Virus record (IMG/VR): IMGVR_UViG_3300021560_000036
Span: 1-37,852 of that record
Strand: one strand, 5' to 3'
Length of the DNA: 37,852 bases
Source: a virus
The stretch's first letter is position 1; every line of letters starts with the position of its first letter. The translations under genes were made by a program, and so were the position numbers. The notes beneath the pieces were generated by a model, which saw only the letters and a program-made list of their open reading frames with translations, did no database searches and was not told the DNA's origin. Of the stretch, positions 32,007 through 37,852 are shown in pieces.

Positions 32007-32144
32007 ATGGCGTTAGTTGGGGTGTTGGTGTTCATCTTCGCAAGCTGGATGTGTTGGGCTTGGATCCAGGCGATGGGTGAGAGTGTCGCGAGTTGGTGGC
32101 GCGACAAGCAGGAGAAGGTGAAGGGGAAGGGGGAAGTGAGATGA
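32007..32144 (+). CDS. Small single-pass membrane protein (45 aa); not in the ORF track
   Basis: My own translation is MALVGVLVFIFASWMCWAWIQAMGESVASWWRDKQEKVKGKGEVR. GGAAGGAG lies 8 nt upstream. The stop overlaps the next ATG (ATGA). Confidence 0.5.
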   Translation: MALVGVLVFIFASWMCWAWIQAMGESVASWWRDKQEKVKGKGEVR

Positions 32145-32329
32145 AATGTCCGGAGTGTGGTGGGTTTGTGAGCCGCAGGGAGTTGAAGAGCGGCATGCAG
32201 AGTTGCTGTGGTGGGGACTTCGAGAAGCACGCGAAGGACGCGAGGGTTGCCGAGATTGTGTATTTGGATGAGGCGAGGAGGGTGAGAAGGGCAAAGGCGA
32301 CTGAGTTGTTCGACCAGGACGCGAGGTAA
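32141..32329 (+). CDS. Small zinc-ribbon protein (62 aa)
   Basis: MKCPECGG...CCGG pattern. It is translationally coupled to the upstream small ORF. Confidence 0.5.
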   Translation: MKCPECGGFVSRRELKSGMQSCCGGDFEKHAKDARVAEIVYLDEARRVRRAKATELFDQDAR

Positions 32330-32334
32330 AGTCA

Positions 32335-32406
32335 GATCCGTTCGTCTAGTGGTGAGGACGGCAGATTTTCAATCTGCAAACATGGGTTCGACTCCCATAC
32401 GGATCA
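32335..32406 (+). tRNA. tRNA-Glu(UUC): tRNA-Glu, anticodon UUC (72 nt, no encoded CCA)
   Basis: Cloverleaf folded by hand. The acceptor stem is GATCCGT/ACGGATC. The D arm is GTCT-AGTGGTGA-GGAC. The anticodon arm is GCAGA-TTTTCAA-TCTGC. The variable loop is AAAC. The T arm is ATGGG-TTCGACT-CCCAT. The discriminator is A. Confidence 0.88.
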
Positions 32407-32422
32407 CTGAGTTGGTACAGTC

Positions 32423-32487
32423 GGGAGGGTCAAGCGGTGTTCTTCCGTGCCGGTGTGACCCTCCCGCCTGTGCCAACTTGGCACAGG
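32423..32487 (+). ncRNA. Two tandem hairpins between the tRNA and the next gene (structured leader or processing element)
   Basis: The first hairpin is GGGAGGGTCA (32423-32432) paired with TGACCCTCCC (32456-32465). The second is CCTGTGCC-aactt-GGCACAGG (32467-32487). The RBS of the next gene follows. Confidence 0.4.
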
Positions 32488-32515
32488 TAGATGGTAACAA
32501 CGGAAGGAGTTTGTA

Positions 32516-32959
32516 ATGGCGAAGTACTCGACCAGAGATGGACGGGTGATCGTGGAGACGACGGACGAAGAGGATGTCGTCATCATGCTGACCGAGTTCA
32601 TCGTGGATATGGACGATCCCGCTACCTATGCGAGAGCCCAGATGCTGAAGATGGGGACGGGGTTGGCGAACATCTTCAGTGTTCTGGAGATGTCCCTCTG
32701 CCAGGAGTACGGGGAGGGAGCGCACAACGCGCTGAAGGCCGTGCTGATGAAGCGGCAGTCGGTGTGTGAGAGGGGAAGCCAGATGTTGGGCGTTCCCGAG
32801 GACGATGTGGAGTTCGTACGGGAGACGGCGAACTCCGTGGCCGAGATGCGTGTCCATGGGGATGCGCTGAAGGGGAAGCAGGTGAGTCAAGCGGAACGTG
32901 AGATCGAGAAGAAGGTGAACGATCTCGATTTCGGTAGGGACCTCCCCGGTTATTTGTGA
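32516..32959 (+). CDS. Hypothetical acidic early protein (147 aa)
   Basis: GGAAGGAG lies 7 nt upstream of the ATG. The sequence is protein-like. Confidence 0.65.
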   Translation: MAKYSTRDGRVIVETTDEEDVVIMLTEFIVDMDDPATYARAQMLKMGTGLANIFSVLEMSLCQEYGEGAHNALKAVLMKRQSVCERGSQMLGVPEDDVEFVRETANSVAEMRVHGDALKGKQVSQAEREIEKKVNDLDFGRDLPGYL

Positions 32960-33105
32960 TTGGGGCGGCACATCGGCCGCATCCATGCGTGAGTGTGGGT
33001 GCGGCCTCTTGTGCTGGGTGGTCCAGCACGCGGCACGGAGGGATCCGTGTTGTGGGTAATGCGGCGTACTCTCCGTGCCATCCAAACGGAAGAGGGAAAC
33101 AGGAG

Positions 33106-34662
33106 ATGCCAAAAGTTCAGTTGCAGTACAGCGAAGAAGAGCGGACACTCCAGCAGATCCGTGAATTGTTGGCGGCGGCGAGTGGAAACTTGAAGCAGGA
33201 CGACGACGTTATCTTCGAGGGCCGGAAGTATGTATTGCCGGAGCGAGAAGAGAGCAAGCGGACTGCCGGTATCCATTTGATCGAGATGGCCGACGAAGAA
33301 GAGGAGCGGCAGCGATTCTCACGGGAGTACAAGTACCGTCCATGGGATGGAGCTGTGGCGACTCAGCGGGTGTTGGTGAAGGCATACGGCCACATGCACC
33401 AGCGGAACAGCCTGTTTCAGATGGCGGAGACGCGAGAAGTTCAGGTTGGGCCGGACGAGTTGATCAGCGTGCCGTGGGGCGAGTTTGACGTTCCAGGGCT
33501 GGATGGCGTGGTGTTCGTGTCGATGGCGGCGAGCGGGGACAATGGACCCGTGTACCTACTGTCAGCAACGGGACCACGCCGTTTCCGAGACGAGATCAAC
33601 GGTGTTTTCAACTTGGTGCAGGAAGAACTTGAAGAGAGTTCGATCTACCGTGGCAAGGCGTTCAACGGTGCCGAGAACCCAGACTTCTTGGATCTAGGGA
33701 AGTTCGATCCCTCGAAGGTGGTGTACTCGGAGGAAGTGTTGACCGAGTTGGACGCCAATGTCTGGTGCTTGATCCGATACCCGGAGCAGAACCGGGAGCT
33801 GGGTTTGCCGTTGAAGAGGGCCGTGGTGTTTGAGGGTCCGTACGGGACTGGGAAGACACTCGGCGCAAAGTTGACCGCGAAGGTTGCGGTGGACAACGGC
33901 TGGACGTTCATTTTCGTGAGACCAGGAATTGACGATCTCCGGGTGGCATTTCAGACGGCGAAGTTGTATGCGCCGTGTGTGGTGCATGTCGAGGATGTCG
34001 AGACACTTGGCGGATATGGTGGCAGTAGGGACCATATGAGCCGGGTGCTGGACATGTTCGACGGGATCGACACGAAGGACTCGGATGTCATCTGCGTGGC
34101 GACGACAAACCACAAGGAGGAGATCCACGCCGGGATGTTGAGGCCGGGAAGGATCGACGGTGTGATCCATATCGGAGCGCTGGACGCTGCGGGGATACGG
34201 AGGCTTGTTGAAGTCTCAGTGTTGCCGGGGCAACTGGAGGAAGAGATGGATTGGGCTGCCATTGCGGTTGCGATGGACGGCTACATGCCAGCTTTCGCGA
34301 AGGAGGCGATCAACCGGGCGCAGCGGTACATGCTCAGAAGGAACAAGGGCAAGATTGGACCGCTAGCGACGAGTGATTTCGTCCACGCCGCGAGGGGGCT
34401 GAGAACTCAGTTCGAGTTGCAGCAGAGTGCGAAGGACAAGCCAGAGGACAAGGGCTTGGACGGGTATGTGCGGGAGATGCTTGATGAGATCGTCACGGCC
34501 GCAAGTGATGGTATCAGGGAGGAGCTACCGGACATGGACAGTGCTGCGAGCGAGATTGTTGACCAGGTCCAGGGCAACACCCAGAGCGATATGAGGGAGT
34601 TGCTGAACGAGACGTCGGTGTATGACCAGAACGGAGAGTACTCCGGGAACTTGTCGGTCTGA
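33106..34662 (+). CDS. Classical-clade AAA+ ATPase (FtsH/Cdc48-like ATPase module, 518 aa) with unknown N- and C-terminal domains
   Basis: Walker A is VVFEGPYGTGKTLGAKL. The Walker B region is APCVVHVEDVETL (compare FtsH APCIIFIDEIDAV). Sensor 1 is ICVATTNH. The second region of homology is MLRPGRIDGVIHIG. Confidence 0.85.
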   Translation: MPKVQLQYSEEERTLQQIRELLAAASGNLKQDDDVIFEGRKYVLPEREESKRTAGIHLIEMADEEEERQRFSREYKYRPWDGAVATQRVLVKAYGHMHQRNSLFQMAETREVQVGPDELISVPWGEFDVPGLDGVVFVSMAASGDNGPVYLLSATGPRRFRDEINGVFNLVQEELEESSIYRGKAFNGAENPDFLDLGKFDPSKVVYSEEVLTELDANVWCLIRYPEQNRELGLPLKRAVVFEGPYGTGKTLGAKLTAKVAVDNGWTFIFVRPGIDDLRVAFQTAKLYAPCVVHVEDVETLGGYGGSRDHMSRVLDMFDGIDTKDSDVICVATTNHKEEIHAGMLRPGRIDGVIHIGALDAAGIRRLVEVSVLPGQLEEEMDWAAIAVAMDGYMPAFAKEAINRAQRYMLRRNKGKIGPLATSDFVHAARGLRTQFELQQSAKDKPEDKGLDGYVREMLDEIVTAASDGIREELPDMDSAASEIVDQVQGNTQSDMRELLNETSVYDQNGEYSGNLSV

Positions 34663-34672
34663 TGGTCTAAGG

Positions 34673-34713
34673 ACACAGGATTGCCCCTCGCGATGCGGGG
34701 GGTTTTCCTGTGT
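34673..34713 (+). terminator. Rho-independent terminator (nested hairpin)
   Basis: The outer stem is ACACAGGA/TCCTGTGT. The inner stem is CCCCTCGC-gat-GCGGGGGG, followed by TTTT. Confidence 0.7.
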
Positions 34714-34719
34714 TGTTAG

Positions 34720-34992
34720 ATGGATGGGATGGGAGTGAGTGGGATGGGTGAGTATGAGGATTACCCGGTGAGGGAACTGATCGCCGGAGCCAACGAAGCA
34801 GTGATGAAGGCCGCGCAGGAGGGGATTGAGGCGCATGTGTACTTCAAGGCAACCTGCCCGAAGTGTGGGGAACGGTGTGTGTTCAGCGTCGCGGACACGG
34901 TGTTCGAGCAGATGGAGTGCAGCGCGTGCGGATGGGAGTTCCCGTTTGTAGAGGGGAACTACATGCTGGTGTACGGCGGAGAACTGCCGTGA
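34720..34992 (+). CDS. Zinc-ribbon protein (90 aa or less; start uncertain, alternative ATG at 34744)
   Basis: CPKCGERC...CSACG are two CxxC pairs. The N-terminus is G-tract repeat. Confidence 0.55.
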   Translation: MDGMGVSGMGEYEDYPVRELIAGANEAVMKAAQEGIEAHVYFKATCPKCGERCVFSVADTVFEQMECSACGWEFPFVEGNYMLVYGGELP

Positions 34993-35954
34993 GTGGGGTT
35001 GGGAGTGGGTGGGAGTCGGGAGTAAGTGTCAGGCCCGAGGACGTCCCCAAGCTGAGGGAGTTGTTGGTTGGGGATTGGAGTGAGGGTGGGGTATTGGCCG
35101 AGATCGCCCCGATCTTGAATGTGAGTGGGGACGTGAATGAGTACTTCGCCGATGAGGAAAGGTTCTGGGCCGAGAAGGCGGACCTATGGTTTGTCGGTGA
35201 GGAGATGTGCGCGTTACTGGAGCACGCGAGGACAGAACTCCCCCCGACGACGTTGACAAGTGGGTTGGTGACCCATGATGGGAGTTACCGGAGTGCGGGG
35301 CTGGTGGTGTTCGCCGACCCGATTTTCGGGATGAGTGCGAAGCCTGATGAGCCGCCGATTCCGGTTGGAGCGATGACCTGGCACCCTGCCGAGTATTCCG
35401 GGTGGAATGCGGGGAGGGGGAGGATGGGGCTGAGTATTTTGCTGTACTTCGTTGAGCCGGGGGAGAAGCGGTTATTGCCGCTCGGTCGGGTGAGTTGGCT
35501 GGAGGGCGAGGACACCGATGCGCTATTAGGCGGGTTGAGTGAGTTGCAGGAAGCATCGATGGCCGAGGATCGAAGGACACTGGCCGCGATGCTGTTATTG
35601 GCGAGTCAGCCCGGTGTGGCGGAAGTGGGGGAGAAGCTGCCTCCGAGACAACAGAGGAGAGAGGCAGAGAGGAAGGGGAGGAAACTCAGCCCGGTGAGGG
35701 TGATCCGGCTGAGAGCTGCCGTGGAAAGGGAGAGGAGTGGGAGAGGGGATGGGAGTGGGAGTGGGGATGGAGATGGAGAAGGAGGGAGGAAGAGGGAGTA
35801 CCACCAGAGATGGGTGGTGACGGGGCATTGGCGGCAACAGGCGTACGGGAAGGGCTGGACACTACGACGTCCGAGATGGATCGCACCGTATGTGAAGGGC
35901 CCGAAGGAGGCGCCGATGGACACGAGGCCCACGGTAAAGGCATGGGTGAAATAG
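34989..35954 (+). CDS. Hypothetical protein (about 321 aa) with a basic C-terminal WVVTGHWRQQAYGKGW..RRPRWIAPYVKGP motif
   Basis: GTG overlaps the upstream stop (GTGA). The body of the protein looks protein-like. An internal GDGSGSGDGDGEGG repeat is present. Confidence 0.55.
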   Translation: MSGVGSGWESGVSVRPEDVPKLRELLVGDWSEGGVLAEIAPILNVSGDVNEYFADEERFWAEKADLWFVGEEMCALLEHARTELPPTTLTSGLVTHDGSYRSAGLVVFADPIFGMSAKPDEPPIPVGAMTWHPAEYSGWNAGRGRMGLSILLYFVEPGEKRLLPLGRVSWLEGEDTDALLGGLSELQEASMAEDRRTLAAMLLLASQPGVAEVGEKLPPRQQRREAERKGRKLSPVRVIRLRAAVERERSGRGDGSGSGDGDGEGGRKREYHQRWVVTGHWRQQAYGKGWTLRRPRWIAPYVKGPKEAPMDTRPTVKAWVK

Positions 35955-35964
35955 GAGATAACAC

Positions 35965-36156
35965 ATGACAAGAGTGACGATGGTGGTTTGCGACCTGTGC
36001 AAGACGTCGTTCAGAGAGTCAAACATGACGGTGACAATGACGATCCGTCGCGGGTTCAGCGGTGATCCACAGGAGATGGACCTCTGTGAGGACTGTTTCC
36101 AGGGGTTGCAGGAATGGATTGGGAAGAGGAAGGAGAAGGGGATGGGGAAGGGATGA
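35965..36156 (+). CDS. Small zinc-binding protein (63 aa)
   Basis: AGGAGA lies 6 nt upstream of the ATG. CDLC...CEDC pairs are present. The C-terminal KEKGMGKG tail is encoded by the 26-nt repeat. Confidence 0.6.
   Translation: MTRVTMVVCDLCKTSFRESNMTVTMTIRRGFSGDPQEMDLCEDCFQGLQEWIGKRKEKGMGKG
36128..36153 (+). repeat. 26-nt exact repeat GGAAGGAGAAGGGGATGGGGAAGGGA (second copy at 37692-37717)
   Basis: Compared base by base. Both copies encode a KEKGMGKG C-terminal tail. Confidence 0.9.
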
Positions 36157-36785
36157 AGAGGAGGAGGGCTGGAGTGGCAAGACGTCGTTCTCCGATGAGG
36201 GTGAGGGAGGCTGGAGGCGAGACTGAGTGGTGGAGAAACCCGCCCTACACGTTAATGCTGATGGCCGAGTTGTGGGCAATGGGTGGGGTGTATCGGTCAA
36301 GGAACTGCACCAGGGAGATCATCGAAGCCGCAAACACAAGGGCAGACGGGTTCGGGATCAAGCCTATCTCGAAGAGTACGCACAGCGGGACGATGACGTA
36401 CTTGCAGAGGCAGGAGCTGGTGGAGTGCAAGTTCGAGCGGGTCAGCGAGAGGACGAACAACAAGCGCATCGTTGAGACCAAGCTCACGGCGAAGGCAAAG
36501 GAGAAGTTCGGGGCGGCCATCCAGGAATACCTGAACCAAGAGGGGATGCCGATTGGTGAGACGGAGATCGGGATGGGGATCGGGATGGGAGTTGGGAAAA
36601 TTGGGGTAGTTGGAATCGGAGCTGCCCTTGTCGCTGTGAACGGGAAAGGAGAAGGAGAAGGGGAAGGGGAAGTGGAGGTGATGGAGGAGCTGAGGTCGGA
36701 GAACGTCATCCTCCGTCGAACACTGGTGAAGGTGGTTGGGAAGCTGGATCCGGCTCAGATCATTGAACTGATTATCGAAAGGTAA
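36153..36785 (+). CDS. Winged-helix (MarR/PadR-like) DNA-binding protein with a Gly-repeat/hydrophobic segment and a C-terminal coiled coil
   Basis: The ATG overlaps the upstream stop (ATGA). TMTYLQRQELVECKFERVSERTNNKRIVETKLTAKAKEKF fits the wHTH recognition-helix plus wing pattern. Confidence 0.45.
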   Translation: MKRRRAGVARRRSPMRVREAGGETEWWRNPPYTLMLMAELWAMGGVYRSRNCTREIIEAANTRADGFGIKPISKSTHSGTMTYLQRQELVECKFERVSERTNNKRIVETKLTAKAKEKFGAAIQEYLNQEGMPIGETEIGMGIGMGVGKIGVVGIGAALVAVNGKGEGEGEGEVEVMEELRSENVILRRTLVKVVGKLDPAQIIELIIER

Positions 36786-36791
36786 GTGAGC

Positions 36792-37115
36792 ATGCCAGGA
36801 CACGCGAAGAACGTCCCGACTGCGGTGAGACGTGCGAGTGACAATAGCGTCTTCTGCCGGGCTATTGGTCATGCGTGGGTGAAGTTCCCGACCGATGACT
36901 GGGAGCCACAGCTAGCGAGCTTGCAGTACAAGCCAATGTCGTTCCAGTGCCAGAACTGTGGGACGGTGAGGCGAGATCTGTGGCAGAGGGGGAGCGGAAT
37001 ATTGCAGAACCGGGTGTATGTGTACCCGGATGGGTATGTGTTAGGGCATTTGAATCACGGTGAAAGGACCGCGAAGGAGACGTTCAGGGCCGAGTTCATT
37101 GAACGAGAGGAGTAG
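36792..37115 (+). CDS. Hypothetical Cys/His protein (107 aa)
   Basis: C..GHAW...CQNCG pattern. The sequence is protein-like. Confidence 0.55.
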   Translation: MPGHAKNVPTAVRRASDNSVFCRAIGHAWVKFPTDDWEPQLASLQYKPMSFQCQNCGTVRRDLWQRGSGILQNRVYVYPDGYVLGHLNHGERTAKETFRAEFIEREE

Positions 37116-37117
37116 AG

Positions 37118-37276
37118 ATGGAAGATGGGAATGGGGAGTGGAAGGATGTGGCGAACCCACGGAAGAGGGACGAAGACAAGGACGAGTCCATCTGCCAGAA
37201 CTGTGGGGCCAAAATCTACGCCGACCCCGAGTTGGGTTGGTGTCATGTCGCGAGTGAGAAAGTGGAATGCCCATGA
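37118..37276 (+). CDS. Small zinc-ribbon protein (52 aa); not in the ORF track
   Basis: My own translation is MEDGNGEWKDVANPRKRDEDKDESICQNCGAKIYADPELGWCHVASEKVECP. GAGAGGAG lies 5 nt upstream of the ATG. Confidence 0.5.
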   Translation: MEDGNGEWKDVANPRKRDEDKDESICQNCGAKIYADPELGWCHVASEKVECP

Positions 37277-37617
37277 GTGACTTGAGTGACTTGAGTGACC
37301 CGAATGAATGGGGCCTCGATTCCCTCCCCCCACGCCGGAAGGTAGGCGATGAAATCAGGCGGAAGATAGAGGCACTGAAGAAGAGTCCCGGCTGGTGGAT
37401 TCTGTATGGCCAGGAAATGCACCCGAGTAACGCTGCCAAGTTGAGGAAGCGTTTTCCGGGGATTGAAGTTGCGACCAGGAATCAGACGTTCGACGGAGAG
37501 AGGTTCGTGTGTGATGTCTACGTCAGGTGGCCAAGAGGAGAGGGAGAGGGAGAGGGAGAGGCGGACGGAGGAGGAGAGGGACCTCTACCGGGCGAAGGGA
37601 TTGCTGAGACACGCTGA
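37273..37617 (+). CDS. Hypothetical protein (114 aa)
   Basis: ATGA overlap with the upstream stop. The core is protein-like (GWWILYGQEMHPSNAAKLRKRFPGIEVATRNQTFDGERFVCDVYVRW). The C-terminal GEGEGEGE tail overlaps the next ORF. Confidence 0.5.
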   Translation: MSDLSDLSDPNEWGLDSLPPRRKVGDEIRRKIEALKKSPGWWILYGQEMHPSNAAKLRKRFPGIEVATRNQTFDGERFVCDVYVRWPRGEGEGEGEADGGGEGPLPGEGIAETR

Positions 37618-37744
37618 GACGTTGGTGTCGGCTGCGTTACAGGACATTGACGTGGTGACGGAATTGGTGAGAAAGTGGGAGTTGAGGAAGGGGAAGGAGA
37701 AGGGGATGGGGAAGGGAATGGGGAGTGCAAGCGGAAAGGTATAG
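37514..37744 (+). CDS. Coiled-coil protein (76 aa)
   Basis: MSTSGGQEERERERERRTEEERDLYRAKGLLRHAETLVSAALQDIDVVTELVRKWEL... ends in the KEKGMGKGMG tail. Confidence 0.45.
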   Translation: MSTSGGQEERERERERRTEEERDLYRAKGLLRHAETLVSAALQDIDVVTELVRKWELRKGKEKGMGKGMGSASGKV

Positions 37745-37852
37745 GAACCTAAGACAATGGGCAAGGATCAAGGAGCTGTTGACGCGTGAGGATGTGGGGG
37801 AGATGGAGAAGATGGAGGAGGTGGAAGAAAGAGGAGAGGGAACGGGAAAGGA
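37725..37852 (+). CDS. 5' part of the junction-spanning small ORF (continues at 2-160)
   Basis: See feature 2-160. The reading frame is continuous only if the two window ends are joined through the 123-bp repeat. Confidence 0.35.
   Translation, partial: MQAERYRNLRQWARIKELLTREDVGEMEKMEEVEERGEGTGK
37730..37852. repeat. Terminal direct repeat, right copy
   Basis: Identical to 1-123. Confidence 0.95.

Noticed and set aside
32335-32406. tRNA as a marker of an integration site (attP) or of a prophage boundary
   Set aside because: I recognised no integrase, recombinase or excisionase motif anywhere in the window. The element closes on itself through the 123-bp repeat, and the tRNA is embedded in an operon.
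32369-33148. 259-aa minus-strand ORF antisense to the tRNA and early genes
   Set aside because: It overlaps the tRNA and two well-supported plus-strand genes. Its translation is His/Leu/Arg/Pro-rich with no motif.

Overview
The window is a complete, terminally redundant phage genome. Bases 1-123 are identical to 37730-37852, so the unique length is 37,729 bp; this is either a circular-assembly overlap or a true direct terminal repeat.

Layout:
(i) A long minus-strand late operon (about 30857 down to 9376): leader ORFs, small and large terminase, a zinc-ribbon protein, portal, scaffold, major capsid, a decoration-like protein, connector-sized proteins, tail/hub-sized proteins, a Gln-rich protein, a 1300-aa putative ejection protein, an XRE-type HTH protein, an amidase endolysin and a holin-like protein.
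(ii) A roughly 340-bp repeat-rich non-coding region (9038-9375), a candidate origin and promoter.
(iii) A minus-strand replication/recombination module (9037 down to 982): an RHH-like protein, a frame-split DinG/XPD-like helicase, a PD-(D/E)xK nuclease, a Sak4-like ATPase, four small Cys-rich proteins and an ERCC4-type nuclease.
(iv) A plus-strand early module (31277 to the window end, continuing through the junction to 774): tRNA-Glu(UUC), an FtsH/Cdc48-type AAA+ ATPase, a winged-helix protein and many small zinc-ribbon ORFs.

I recognised no integrase, DNA polymerase, primase, RNA polymerase, tape measure or sheath. A short-tailed, non-integrating phage is my inference.

The most unusual signals:
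- The + strand is G-rich regardless of gene direction, so late proteins are P/T/S/Q-rich and early proteins are G/E/V/R-rich.
- G-tract, G-quadruplex-competent hexamer-like repeats sit at gene boundaries, always G-rich on the + strand, including exact 16-26-nt recurrences.
- The only two C-rich islands on the + strand coincide with the two main control regions. One of them has iteron-like phased repeats next to an AT-rich stretch.

All calls come from reading the sequence and the ORF track. No searches or statistics were run.
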